A DNA stretch of 64,000 nucleotides from Alphaproteobacteria bacterium UBA7691. Its GTDB lineage: Bacteria > Pseudomonadota > Alphaproteobacteria > Ferrovibrionales > Ferrovibrionaceae. The DNA lies in assembly GCA_002482765.1 (NCBI GenBank), contig DLGP01000096.1:11212-75211 (forward strand). Reading direction: 5' to 3'. The translations under genes were made by a program, and so were the position numbers. Of this stretch, positions 48,642 to 58,726 are shown in pieces (positions within the stretch are counted from its first letter, which is position 1; each line of letters opens with the position of its first letter). Under the pieces are notes generated by a model that made no database searches, was not told the DNA's origin, and saw only the letters and a program-made list of their open reading frames with translations.

Positions 48642-49940
48642 TCAATAAGTGCGGCCGGCGAGACGCATCAACTCGATGCGTGCCAGGTGATAGTCGCGCA
48701 GGGCGGTGGCATGTTGCGCTTTGACATCGAATTGCGTGCGCTGGGCATCGAGCAGATCGAGAAAGCCGAATTTGCCGGCAGCATAGCCCTCGGCTGCAGC
48801 GGCATAGGTCTCGTCTGCAGCCGGGATGATCGTCCGGCTCAGCACCTCCACTTCGCGGTGCGCCGCCTGCAGCGACTGCCGCGCTTTCGCCAGGCTGGCC
48901 AGCAGATTGAGGCGCAATGCATCCGCCTCGGCTTCCGCGCGGACCAGTTCCTGGCGCGCGCGCTGGATACCGCCCCGATTGCTGTCGAACACCGGAATCG
49001 GGATCGAAATACCAACCATGAAGGCGTTGCTGTCATCCTCGTTGTAGCGGCGAATCCCGGCGCGCAGGGTCGGATCTGGCACGGCGGCGGACTGCTCCTT
49101 GGCAATAGCCGTCCTTGCCTGGGCTATGGCGGCACCGGCACGGCTGAAATCCGGGTTGGCGCGCAGGCTTTCCTCGTCGGGCCCCACATTGGGAAGGGCA
49201 CCACTGCGCTCAAACCAGCCGCCGTCATTGGCCAGGTCGATCCGAGTAACACCAAGGCTGCCGGCTAGCGTTGCTAGTACGGCAGCATATTCGCGCTCCG
49301 CTTTCTGGGTCGCCACCTCGGCGGCGGCTTGCGCGATTTCGCTCTTGCGCGCTTGGAACGGCGGCTCGCGGCCATTCTGCACCCGCTCGCGCACGGCACC
49401 GGCAAGGGCTTGCGCATTCTTCAGCCGATCACCTTCAAGCGCCACGACACGGGCGGCATACAGCGCCGACACATAGCCACGGGCGATCTCCTCGCGCAGA
49501 GCCAGTTGATCGACATCGCGTTCGTGTCCCGCCAGAGCGAGGCCGGCATCGGCGAAACCGATCCGCGCTTCCCGCTTGCCGCCCATTTCGATGGTCTGGG
49601 AGATGCCGGCGGCGACCTCGATATTGCGGCTGCCGCGATAGGATTTGCTGCCGGCGAAATTGTCGGCATCGACGAACAGTTCCGGATTGGGCCGGGCTTC
49701 CGCCTGCAGGCGGTCGCCGCCGGCAGCTTCCCGCCGCGCCTCGGCAACACGCAGCCGCGGCGAATTTGCCTCGCCGATACGGAGGGCTTCTTCAAGACTG
49801 CCGATCCGGGCCACTGCACCAGAAGCCGGCGTGATCTGCACAGGAATGGTCTGCACAGGGGTAATCTGCACAGGGGTTTGCGCGGCCAATGGCTTGGCCA
49901 GACCCGCCATCACGGCGAGCGCAAGCAGGGGAAGACGCAT
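48642..49940 (-). CDS. czcC: TolC-family outer membrane factor (CzcC-like)
   Basis: PNPEL, Q.IE.GGKR.ARI, Y.AGK...LDLLDAQR. Confidence 0.9.
   Translation of the reverse strand: MRLPLLALAVMAGLAKPLAAQTPVQITPVQTIPVQITPASGAVARIGSLEEALRIGEANSPRLRVAEARREAAGGDRLQAEARPNPELFVDADNFAGSKSYRGSRNIEVAAGISQTIEMGGKREARIGFADAGLALAGHERDVDQLALREEIARGYVSALYAARVVALEGDRLKNAQALAGAVRERVQNGREPPFQARKSEIAQAAAEVATQKAEREYAAVLATLAGSLGVTRIDLANDGGWFERSGALPNVGPDEESLRANPDFSRAGAAIAQARTAIAKEQSAAVPDPTLRAGIRRYNEDDSNAFMVGISIPIPVFDSNRGGIQRARQELVRAEAEADALRLNLLASLAKARQSLQAAHREVEVLSRTIIPAADETYAAAAEGYAAGKFGFLDLLDAQRTQFDVKAQHATALRDYHLARIELMRLAGRTY
49831..49875. repeat. 15-bp tandem repeat x3 in the czcC N-terminus (PVQIT/PVQTI)
   Basis: TCTGCACAGG at 49835, 49850 and 49865. 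Confidence 0.85.
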
Positions 49941-50008
49941 GTTCTGTTCCCTCGAACAAAATACCAGGTACCGGCGCCAGCGGCACCGGAGCGTTCAGGT
50001 TCGGGGAA

Positions 50009-50389
50009 TCAGGCTCGGGGAGGTTCGAGTAGGCCGAATATCAGGCCCAGATCAATGCCAGCGTCGCGTAGGCTGGTTGGGCTCTCAGTCGATGGGAAAG
50101 CCACCATCTGGACCCGCAATTGCACCGGCATGGCACGGCCATGCTGATCACAATGCACGGCACAATCCTGCACCAATTTGGCGGGAGCAGGTGTCTCGTC
50201 ACCCGCAGCGGCATCCGGCGGCACGGCATCGGAGGATGCCGAATAGGCCAGCGATACCGGATCAGCAGCATTGGCAACGGCATACTCGGTATGCCAGCCG
50301 AACAGGGCCGTGAACAGGACAGCGGACACGGCGAGCCAGGCGGCAAGAAGCCGTCCTTTCCGTCGATATGCTGCGATAGCCTGTGTCAT
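50009..50389 (-). CDS. Leader-type protein upstream of czcC (CzcI/DUF2946-like architecture)
   Basis: N-terminal TM/signal, CAVHCDQH, C-terminal EPPRA*. Confidence 0.7.
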   Translation of the reverse strand: MTQAIAAYRRKGRLLAAWLAVSAVLFTALFGWHTEYAVANAADPVSLAYSASSDAVPPDAAAGDETPAPAKLVQDCAVHCDQHGRAMPVQLRVQMVAFPSTESPTSLRDAGIDLGLIFGLLEPPRA

Positions 50390-50422
50390 GCGCTGTGCTG
50401 CCTTCCTACACTATAACTAGGG

Positions 50423-50794
50423 CTACTTCGCGGTAAGGCTATACTGTGCCTTGCCGAGTTCCTTGCCGCCCTCGGTGAGGGTGGCCATGGCGCGGACTGC
50501 ACCGGAGAGCGGTGCGCCGGCTTTACCGGCCAGCTTGTCGCCTTGCGGCTTCAGTTCCACGCTGCTCTCTGCATTGTTGACGAAGAGCTTGACCGACGCC
50601 GCCATGCCGCCCGTGGGCTGCATCGGCTTGTGGTCCTTAATGATATAGAGCTGCACATCACTGCCCTTGACCACCAATTCACCCTCATAGGCGCCAATCT
50701 TCTTCACCTGGCCGCCGTATTTCGCTTCATCGGCTTGAGCCGATACCGCGAAAGCCAGTGTTGCCGCGGCGATAATCGCTGCTAACGCTTTCAT
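50423..50794 (-). CDS. Hypothetical periplasmic protein (metal-island associated)
   Basis: Signal peptide AQA/D, YGGQ...Y..ELV; host-like codon usage. Confidence 0.75.
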   Translation of the reverse strand: MKALAAIIAAATLAFAVSAQADEAKYGGQVKKIGAYEGELVVKGSDVQLYIIKDHKPMQPTGGMAASVKLFVNNAESSVELKPQGDKLAGKAGAPLSGAVRAMATLTEGGKELGKAQYSLTAK

Positions 50795-51289
50795 TCATCA
50801 TCCATATGGTTGGCCTTACACGGGGAAAGTACCAAAGCCGGCAAGCGCTTGCAAGCATTCGCCCTGCGGCGCTTTGCCGCCGTAATACTGTTGCTGTTCA
50901 TGAAATGGTGCACGAAATGGACGTAAAGGCAGCGACGCCAACCCGTCACATTGGTGCCAATCTCGGCATAAAACTCGTCTGGAGTGTACTAGCGGCCGAA
51001 ATCGCGATTGATGCCGTCACGCTGGATATATGTGTCGCCCCCTGTCCATTAGGATGGAATTCGAATGGGTCTGGCCTAGATATGAAGAAAAGGTCCATCC
51101 GGGCCCGGGGGTTAGAAAGAGACAGTGAAGCCGGCATCAGGCAAATATTCAGGAAGAGCAGATCAAGCAGTTTGTAGCCAGCGTCACAGCACCGTTGGCG
51201 ACCGAACTGGCGGGCGTCAATAACCACGCGGCACAATCTATTTCCTGAAGTTGCGCGAACCGATTGTGGCCAAACTTGCCGAGCAGGAG

Positions 51290-51786
51290 TCATGGCTCTC
51301 AGCTGGGATCGATGTCGATGAAAGCTACTTCGGTGGATCCCCGAAAGGGAGGCGTCGTCGTGACACAGCCAGAAAAATACCAGTTTCTGACTTCCTCAAA
51401 CATGACGACAAGGTCCACGCCTTGATCACCCACAATGCCCAATACAAAAACACTGTTGCCGATCATCTGGCAGACCATCCCACCCTACAGCACCGTCTAT
51501 ATTGATGGTTTAGCCAGCTACGATGTTGTCGAAGCTTCGGAGTTCCGCCATGAACGGATCAACCACCCTGAGGCTTTCGTCGAAGAGCGAAACTATATCA
51601 ACGATATCGAGAACTTCTGGAATCAGGCGAAGCGCCATCCGGCGCTGTAACGTTGTTCCGCGCCAGCACTTCAACCCACACCTCAAGAAAGGCGAACAGC
51701 GCCTCAACTCCCCCGATCAACAACCTCTTCAATGTATTGCTTGGATGCGCTAAACGGGAAATGCTATATCCTGATCTGGGCCAGCC
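51290..51786 (+). pseudogene. IS1595 (ISXO2-like) transposase remnant
   Basis: VDESYFGG..KGRR and TVY.DG..SY...RINH...IENFWNQAKRH in different frames; boundaries approximate. Confidence 0.8.
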
Positions 51787-51849
51787 ACTAAATTAGTCCG
51801 GCCAGTGCTTCAGGAGGAGTCCGTAGTCAGCTTTTTTTTGAAAAGAACA

Positions 51850-53115
51850 ATGGCCCAGGACAAAATCCTTCCGCAAAATCTCGCTCAAGCCCTCAGGGCA
51901 TCCGATCTTGAAAGCGAGCGGATCGCATCGATCATTCGCGCCATCATCCTGGTCACGCTGCTTGCCGCAGTTTTCACGGCGCACACGCAGGAAGCGGATC
52001 ACCGGCCACTGGAGCTGGCCGTGCTGGTTTACGGCTTGGGAACCATTGCGGGCCTGGTAGCCGCCTGGAGAAAGTATCATCCTGTCGTCCTGCCTTATTT
52101 ACTTGTCGGTTTCGACATCATTACCCTGACCATCGCAATCGTCATGATTGGTGCGGAATTTGGCATTGCACCCATAGACGCATTCACGCTGCCGATCTCG
52201 GGCCTGCTTGTCGTGGTCTTTCTGCACGCTTCGTTGCGCTACAATCCTTGGTTGGTGGTGTTTGCAGCCGGCATTCTGGCGGCCGTAGTCCTGATCGCTT
52301 CCTTGGTCAGCAACGTCGACGAATCCAGTTTCCACACGGATGCAGCGGAGCATCTGATGCATTTCAGGGTGTTTCCGATCATCATTTTTCTGCTGACCAT
52401 GGGCATTCTCGCGGTAACGACCGCGCGAACCAGGCGACTGATCGCCAATGTCTATGTCAGCACCAGTCGGGCCGCCACTTTGTCTCGCTACTTTTCCCGC
52501 GACGTCGCTGAAGAGCTGATGAACAGGCCATCTGGGACAACGGAGTTTGGCGATCGCATCCGCGCCGCGGTGTTGTTCGCCGACTTACAAGGCTTCACCG
52601 CCATGGCGGAAGCGATGGATCCTGGCGAGCTTGCCAAGTTTGTTTCGGACTTCAGGGAACGGATTTCCAGGCCAGTATTAGCCAATGGCGGCGTGGTCGA
52701 TAAATACATCGGCGACGCCGTCATGGCAGTCTTCGGCACACCACGACAGGCGCCGGACGATGCAAAGCGGGCCATACTCTGCGCCCTGTCGATGGTCGAT
52801 GAAATCGACGCCTGGTCGCGGGAACGCAGAAATCTGGGGAAGCCGCCCATTCGAATTGCGATTGGCGGGCACTTCGGGGATGTTTTTGCAGGCGTGATCG
52901 GCGACGGGACACATCTGGAATATACCGTTATTGGTGACACCGTGAATGTCGCAAGCAGGCTTGCGCGACTACCGCGTGCCCTGGAGACACCGCTGGTTCT
53001 CTCGACCCCGCTTGTCGAGGCGGCAGGTTATCACGATGTCAGGCTTGTGGCGCTGCCGCCGCAACCGCTTCCCGGCCACCCCAAACCGATGCCAGTGCAT
53101 AAGCTTTCAGGCTGA
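51850..53115 (+). CDS. Membrane-bound class III adenylate cyclase
   Basis: About 6 TM segments; FADLQGFT, DKYIGDAVMA.FG, YTVIGDTVNVASRL. Confidence 0.9.
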   Translation: MAQDKILPQNLAQALRASDLESERIASIIRAIILVTLLAAVFTAHTQEADHRPLELAVLVYGLGTIAGLVAAWRKYHPVVLPYLLVGFDIITLTIAIVMIGAEFGIAPIDAFTLPISGLLVVVFLHASLRYNPWLVVFAAGILAAVVLIASLVSNVDESSFHTDAAEHLMHFRVFPIIIFLLTMGILAVTTARTRRLIANVYVSTSRAATLSRYFSRDVAEELMNRPSGTTEFGDRIRAAVLFADLQGFTAMAEAMDPGELAKFVSDFRERISRPVLANGGVVDKYIGDAVMAVFGTPRQAPDDAKRAILCALSMVDEIDAWSRERRNLGKPPIRIAIGGHFGDVFAGVIGDGTHLEYTVIGDTVNVASRLARLPRALETPLVLSTPLVEAAGYHDVRLVALPPQPLPGHPKPMPVHKLSG

Positions 53116-53158
53116 CGAGCCTGGGAGCAGCTTCAGCCTCGTCTCCGGTAGAAATGCC

Positions 53159-53189
53159 TTGACCTTCCCACGCAGGAAGGCCGTAAGGC
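53159..53189 (+). promoter_or_regulatory. CueR-like MerR promoter upstream of copZ
   Basis: TTGACC-19 nt-TAAGGC containing CCTTCC-N6-GGAAGG. Confidence 0.7.
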
Positions 53190-53210
53190 TGGGGCAGCAA
53201 GGAGTGTCCC

Positions 53211-53414
53211 ATGACTGACTTTACCGTTCCCGACATGACCTGTGGTCATTGCGAAACCAGTATCCGCAAAGTGGTTGCCGCTTTGCCTGGCGTCGATGAC
53301 ATTGTCGTCGATCGCCCGAACAAGCGCGTTTCCGTGCGTGGCTCAGTGTCTGACGATGTGGTTCGCAAGGCCATCGAAAATGCGGGCTTCACGCCACAGG
53401 CAGTGTCGGCCTGA
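53211..53414 (+). CDS. copZ: Copper chaperone, HMA domain
   Basis: DMTCGHC motif, I..AGF. Confidence 0.92.
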   Translation: MTDFTVPDMTCGHCETSIRKVVAALPGVDDIVVDRPNKRVSVRGSVSDDVVRKAIENAGFTPQAVSA

Positions 53415-53432
53415 TTTCCTGACAGATTCCGT

Positions 53433-55826
53433 TCATTTGATGCGGACGGCACGCAGTCGCAATGCGTTGGCAATCACGCTCACCGACGACAGTGCCATGG
53501 CGGCCGCAGCAATGACGGGGGACAGAAGCAACCCGAAGGTCGGGTAAAGCACCCCGGCCGCGATCGGAACACCCGCTGCATTGTAGATGAAGGCAAAGAA
53601 CAGGTTCTGTCGGATGTTGCGCATGGTCGCCGCCGACAGGTGACGGGCCTTCACGATGCCCTGAAGATCGCCCTTCAGCAGGGTGACGCCGGCACTTTCG
53701 ATGGCCACGTCCGTCCCGGTCCCCATGGCAATGCCGACATCGGCGGCCGCAAGCGCGGGGGCGTCGTTCACGCCATCGCCGGCCATTGCCACCACACGGC
53801 CTTCGCGGCGCAGGCGCTCGACGACGGCGCTCTTGCGGTCCGGCAGCACATCGGCCTCTACCTCTTCGATCCCGAGACGTCGCGCCACGGCTTCGGCCGT
53901 GATGCGGTTGTCGCCCGTCAGCATGACGACATGGATGCCATCTTCGCGCAGGGCGGCAAGCGCCGCTGGCGTCGTCTGCTTGACCGGATCGGATATCGCC
54001 AGGATACCGGCCACCTCCTGGTCGATGCCAAGATAGATGGCGGTTGCGCCATCCTGGCGGAGTTCGTCGGCCTGGTGGCTGAACCGCTCTGCCGGCAGGC
54101 CCCGGCTGCGCAGGAAGTCCGCATTGCCGATGGTGACCTGATGGCCATCAATCCGTCCAACCACTCCTTTGCCGACCGGGCTGTCGAACTCGGTCGCCGT
54201 GCCGAGCGCCATGCCGCGTTCGGCCGCCAGTTGTACAATAGCCTGGGCGAGAGGATGCTCGCTGCTGCGTTCCAGGCTGGCTGCGAAATACAGCAGCTTG
54301 TCCTGGCCAATCTGGGCCGTTGTGCGGATTTCGGTGAGCTTTGGCTTGCCTTCGGTCAGCGTTCCGGTCTTGTCGATCACGATGGTATCGATCTTTTCCA
54401 TCCGCTCGAGCGCTTCGGCATTCTTGATCAGGACGCCGAGCTGGGCACCCCGCCCGACCCCGACCATGATCGACATTGGCGTCGCCAGGCCAAGCGCGCA
54501 GGGACAGGCGATAATCAGGACGGATACAGCGGCGACCAGGCCGAAGGTGAGCCGCGGCTCCGGACCCCAGACGGCCCAGGCGGCAAAGGCGAGGATCGCC
54601 ACGAGGATGACAGCCGGCACAAACCAGCCGGCGACATCGTCGGCAAGGCGCTGGATCGGCGCCCGGCTGCGCTGGGCCTGCGCCACCATCTGGACGATCC
54701 GGGACAGCATGGTGTCATGGCCGACCTTGTCAGCGCGCATGACGAATGACCCGGTCTGGTTCATGGTACCTGCGATCACCTTGCTGCCGGCCTCCTTGGT
54801 GACAGGCATCGATTCACCGGTGACCATGGATTCATCAACTGCACAGCGGCCCTCCAATACTTCGCCATCGACCGGTACTTTTTCGCCTGGTCTGACGCGC
54901 AAACGATCGCCGACCTGGATCGATTCAGCCGGAATGTCCTCATCCGATCCATCGGCCGCGATGCGCCTGGCCGTCTTCGGTGTCAGGTCCAACAGCGCCT
55001 TGATCGCGCCCGACGTCTGCTCACGCGCCCGCAATTCCAGGACCTGGCCAAGCAGGACCAGCACAGTGATGACCGCTGCCGCCTCGAAATAGACGGCGAC
55101 GGCGCCATCGGATCCGCGGAAGGCCGGCGGAAAGAGACCAGGAAGAATGGTTGCAACCAGGCTGTAGACCCAGGCAATGCCTGTCCCCATGGCGATCAGG
55201 GTGAACATATTCAGCTGACGGGTTGCGATCGACACCGCGCCGCGCTGGAAGAAAGGCCAACCCGCCCACAGCACGACTGGTGTTGCCAAGGCCAGCTGGA
55301 TCCAGTTCGACGTCTGCGGCCCGACAACATGCAGGTTCAAGAGATGTCCACCCATCTCGAGCATGAAAACGGGGATGGTCAGTCCCAGCCCGACCCAGAA
55401 CCGTCGGGTCATATCGATCAGTTCGGGATTGGGGCCGCTGTCGGCCGTGACAATTTCCGGCTCGAGCGCCATGCCGCAGATCGGGCATGAGCCGGGTCCG
55501 GTCTGGCGGATCTGGGGATGCATCGGGCAGGTATAGATGGTGCCGGCCGCGGCCGGCGGCGTGGCCAGCTTTGCCTGCGCGGTCGTGTAGCGGACCGGAT
55601 CGGCGATGAATTTGGATTTACAGCCGCCCGAGCAGAAGAAATAAGACTGACCGTCATGCTCTGCCCGATGGGCGGTTTTTGCCGGATCGACCTGCATGCC
55701 ACAGACTGGATCTTTCACTGTGTCCGGCGCGTCATGCTGATGACCATGAGCATGGTGATGCACGGCTGGGTCATGCCCATGATGATGGTCGTGGCTCGAA
55801 TGGTCGTGGCGGGTGGTATCGTTCAT
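53433..55826 (-). CDS. copA: Cu(I)-translocating P1B ATPase with His-rich tail, YHS and YTCPMH domains
   Basis: DPVCGM, YTCPMHP, TGES, CPC, DKTGT, SEHP, GDGVND, YN, MALSS. Confidence 0.95.
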   Translation of the reverse strand: MNDTTRHDHSSHDHHHGHDPAVHHHAHGHQHDAPDTVKDPVCGMQVDPAKTAHRAEHDGQSYFFCSGGCKSKFIADPVRYTTAQAKLATPPAAAGTIYTCPMHPQIRQTGPGSCPICGMALEPEIVTADSGPNPELIDMTRRFWVGLGLTIPVFMLEMGGHLLNLHVVGPQTSNWIQLALATPVVLWAGWPFFQRGAVSIATRQLNMFTLIAMGTGIAWVYSLVATILPGLFPPAFRGSDGAVAVYFEAAAVITVLVLLGQVLELRAREQTSGAIKALLDLTPKTARRIAADGSDEDIPAESIQVGDRLRVRPGEKVPVDGEVLEGRCAVDESMVTGESMPVTKEAGSKVIAGTMNQTGSFVMRADKVGHDTMLSRIVQMVAQAQRSRAPIQRLADDVAGWFVPAVILVAILAFAAWAVWGPEPRLTFGLVAAVSVLIIACPCALGLATPMSIMVGVGRGAQLGVLIKNAEALERMEKIDTIVIDKTGTLTEGKPKLTEIRTTAQIGQDKLLYFAASLERSSEHPLAQAIVQLAAERGMALGTATEFDSPVGKGVVGRIDGHQVTIGNADFLRSRGLPAERFSHQADELRQDGATAIYLGIDQEVAGILAISDPVKQTTPAALAALREDGIHVVMLTGDNRITAEAVARRLGIEEVEADVLPDRKSAVVERLRREGRVVAMAGDGVNDAPALAAADVGIAMGTGTDVAIESAGVTLLKGDLQGIVKARHLSAATMRNIRQNLFFAFIYNAAGVPIAAGVLYPTFGLLLSPVIAAAAMALSSVSVIANALRLRAVRIK

Positions 55827-55876
55827 TTTTTGCTCGTCTCGGTCAGTCGCTGAAATATTCAATCCCAAGAATTCAG

Positions 55877-56215
55877 TTAGTCGTCGTGGCAGTTTCCGGA
55901 TTCGCGAACGCTGCGCAGGGTATTTGTGCGATCGAATTCCATCTGCACCAGGCACTGATGCAGGCGCGGCGACGGTGGTCGCGGTCTTACCGAGGAAAGA
56001 CGATGCTGATCCATGATAAAGGTCAGCACCTGCCGGTCATTGATCCAGGTCTCAGCATCCGGCGCTCCGTAACGCGAGATGATATCCGCCCTGGGCAAGC
56101 CGATCAGATCCTCGAATCTGAGTGGCGTGCCTGCTGTACAGGCGGAAAAAAGTATTGGCATCAGCAGGACGAGGAACCGGATCGACACGATCAGCCTCCG
56201 CAATATCGCAGGCAA
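55877..56215 (-). CDS. Small lipoprotein, hypothetical
   Basis: LFSAC lipobox; IG.....I..YGAPD; start uncertain. Confidence 0.55.
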   Translation of the reverse strand: MPAILRRLIVSIRFLVLLMPILFSACTAGTPLRFEDLIGLPRADIISRYGAPDAETWINDRQVLTFIMDQHRLSSVRPRPPSPRLHQCLVQMEFDRTNTLRSVRESGNCHDD

Positions 56216-56363
56216 ATATCTGCTCCGGTCGATGACCGGGCAGTTCGCAGTTGGGCCCTTAACAATCAGGATATCGGAAAACTAAGGTTTTTCAAACGCG
56301 AAGCGCCGTGAATCGACAGCCAAGCAGCGCCTGCTCAAACATTGGTAACCTCTCGTTTCGGCC

Positions 56364-56393
56364 TTGACCTTGCCATGCTGGAAGGTGTATCGT
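56364..56393 (+). promoter_or_regulatory. CueR-like promoter for the copper oxidase operon
   Basis: TTGACC ... ACCTTGC-N6-GGAAGGT ... TATCGT. Confidence 0.65.
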
Positions 56394-56400
56394 GCCTTTT

Positions 56401-56889
56401 ATGATGTCCGGTCAGACCCAGATGACGCTATCGCCTTGGCAGCGCTTCGCTGCCGTGCTTGCGTTGTTTGCGATTCTGTTTGCCGGAACCGTGTCCTCGC
56501 TTTCGCACAGTATGGCGATGGCGGCGACATCGAGCACGATGATGGCGGCCATGGTCTCCGGATCGGCCGTGCATGATCCTGCAGACCAGGTCTCGGCGGC
56601 AGGCCACGACCATCAGAGCGTCAAGATTTCGAAGATCGATGCGACCACTGCCCATGAAAAGGGCTTGCCGCATGATCACGATGCCATGGCTACCGGCGGC
56701 GAAAGCGCACCTGGCAACTGCGATCAGGGCTGCATCCTGTGCAAAGACTGCGCGCTCTGCGGCCTGTTTGCCTTCGGCGAGCGGCCACTGACGGCCTTCG
56801 TCGCTAATTATGCGGGCTATGCACTGCCGGTGACCCAGTCGCACACAAGCCTCACACCCGCACTTCCCTCCGAGCCTCCTCGAGTCTGA
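56401..56889 (+). CDS. Leader-type protein (CopL/DUF2946-like architecture)
   Basis: TM/signal, Met/His-rich linker, CDQGCILCKDCALC, C-terminal EPPRV*; start uncertain. Confidence 0.7.
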   Translation: MMSGQTQMTLSPWQRFAAVLALFAILFAGTVSSLSHSMAMAATSSTMMAAMVSGSAVHDPADQVSAAGHDHQSVKISKIDATTAHEKGLPHDHDAMATGGESAPGNCDQGCILCKDCALCGLFAFGERPLTAFVANYAGYALPVTQSHTSLTPALPSEPPRV

Positions 56890-56966
56890 TCGACGCCTGA
56901 AGATCGTCCCGCTGCACTACCTGCGGTCGATCGTCCTTTCGTCGTTCAACTTTATGAGGCTTTCCC

Positions 56967-57287
56967 ATGTCTTCCATGAGTTTCAGGTCAGTCCTTTTGG
57001 GCATGACCATCGGCCTTGCGGCGCAAGCTGTATGGGCTGCAGAGCCGCCGGCCGGTCTGCTCGATCCGAATGCATCGACCGCCCCACTTCCTTATCAATC
57101 TGCCTTCAGCGGTTATAAGCGCCCGCAATTCGAGGGCAAGACCGATTGGCGTAAAGCCAATGACACCGTGCGCGATGTCGGCGGCCATATGGGCGCCATC
57201 AAGTCGGACAGCACCGACGAAATGCCTACTAAAGCCCGGTCTGATGCTGATCCGGCAACCGGCAGCCATGCCGGACACGGCAAGTGA
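56967..57287 (+). CDS. Small secreted protein preceding copper TolC
   Basis: Signal peptide; Y.SAF.GY, W..AND.V..VGG; C-terminal HAGH. Confidence 0.75.
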   Translation: MSSMSFRSVLLGMTIGLAAQAVWAAEPPAGLLDPNASTAPLPYQSAFSGYKRPQFEGKTDWRKANDTVRDVGGHMGAIKSDSTDEMPTKARSDADPATGSHAGHGK

Positions 57288-57295
57288 GGTCGGCC

Positions 57296-58714
57296 ATGAT
57301 GAACCAAGCCAATACTATGCGTCGCCTTACCGCGAGCGTTGCCCTTGTTGCCCTGCTGGGTGCCTGTGCAGGTCCGATTGCCAACAGCGCCTTCGAAGAG
57401 GTCGCATCCACCACGGAACAGCGGATTGGCAAGAAACCGGTCTGGATCAAGTCCGAGGAGGATGAGGCCCAGGTCCGCAAGACCATCGACGACCTTCTGG
57501 CCAAGTCGCTGAGTGCCGATGACGCGGTCCAGGTCGCCCTCCTGAACAATCGTCGACTGCAAGGTAACTTCTCCGAGCTCGGCATCGGCGCTGCCGATCT
57601 GACCAGTTCCTGGCGGCCGGAGAATCCAGGCTTCAGCTTCGCCCGCCTGCGACGCGGCCAGGACATCGAGATCGAGCGCTCGATTGGCATCGATGCGCTC
57701 AGCCTGCTGGTGCTGCCGATCACGGCCAGCATCGAAAGCCGGCGGTTCGAGCGTACCAAGCTCAACACCGCCACCGAAGTCCTGTCTCTGGCGGCCCAGA
57801 CCAAACGGGCCTGGTATGAGGCTGTGGCGGCCGAGCAGACCGCCAAATACGTTGCCCAGGTACGCGAGACGGCCGAAACCCAGGCCGAGCTGGCGCGCCG
57901 CATGCGCTCCGTCGGCAACTGGAACACACTCGACTATATCCGCGAGCGAATCTTCTATGCCGATGCTACAGCCCGCTTGGCCAAGAGCCGGGTCATGGCC
58001 ACGGCCGCCCGCGAGCGGCTAGGCCGCCTGATGGGTCTGTGGGGCAAGGATATGGCGTACAAACTGCCGGATCGTCTGCCTGCCCTGCCTGGTAGTCCGC
58101 GCAGCGTGGAGAATATCGAAGCCAAGGCAATCACCGAACGCCTCGATATCCAGATGGCCAAGGCTGACGTCTCGGCCCTGCAGAAGTCCTATGGCCTGAC
58201 CAATGCGACCCGCTTCGTGAATGTCCTCGAAGTCGGTTTCCAGCGGAACAGCGAAAGCGGGGCCAAGGACCAGACCGGCTACGAGATCAGCTTCCAGGTC
58301 CCACTGTTCGACTTCGGTGACGCGAAGGCGACTAAGGCCGAGCAGTATTACCTGCAGGCGGTGCATCGCCTGGCCGATACGGCAGTCAATGCCCGTTCGG
58401 CTGCGCGTGAGGCCTGGCTCGGCTACCAGACCAACTATGAACTCGCCAAGCATTATCAGGACGAGATCATCCCGCTGCGCCAGAAGGCGTCCGAGGAGAT
58501 GGTGCTGCGCTACAACGGCATGCTGATCAGCGTTTTTGAGCTGCTGTCAGACGCCCGCGACCAGATCGCCGATGTCACCTCGGCGCTTGAAGCACAGCGC
58601 GATTTCTGGATCGCCGATACAGACCTCACCTTCGTCACCATCGCGCCCGTTGAAGCCGGCACACCGGCCGGTGGCGGCGCTGTTGCTGCTGCCCGCGCCG
58701 GCGGCGGTCACTGA
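57296..58714 (+). CDS. TolC-family outer membrane lipoprotein (copper resistance)
   Basis: LGAC lipobox, AVQ.ALLNN..LQ, PLFDFG, YNGML.SVFELL.DAR. Confidence 0.88.
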   Translation: MMNQANTMRRLTASVALVALLGACAGPIANSAFEEVASTTEQRIGKKPVWIKSEEDEAQVRKTIDDLLAKSLSADDAVQVALLNNRRLQGNFSELGIGAADLTSSWRPENPGFSFARLRRGQDIEIERSIGIDALSLLVLPITASIESRRFERTKLNTATEVLSLAAQTKRAWYEAVAAEQTAKYVAQVRETAETQAELARRMRSVGNWNTLDYIRERIFYADATARLAKSRVMATAARERLGRLMGLWGKDMAYKLPDRLPALPGSPRSVENIEAKAITERLDIQMAKADVSALQKSYGLTNATRFVNVLEVGFQRNSESGAKDQTGYEISFQVPLFDFGDAKATKAEQYYLQAVHRLADTAVNARSAAREAWLGYQTNYELAKHYQDEIIPLRQKASEEMVLRYNGMLISVFELLSDARDQIADVTSALEAQRDFWIADTDLTFVTIAPVEAGTPAGGGAVAAARAGGGH

Positions 58715-58726
58715 ACCCTTGGAGAC

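Noticed and set aside
50806-51293. ORFs between the periplasmic protein gene and the IS1595 relic
   Set aside because: Non-host codon usage and no motifs; probably decayed or non-coding
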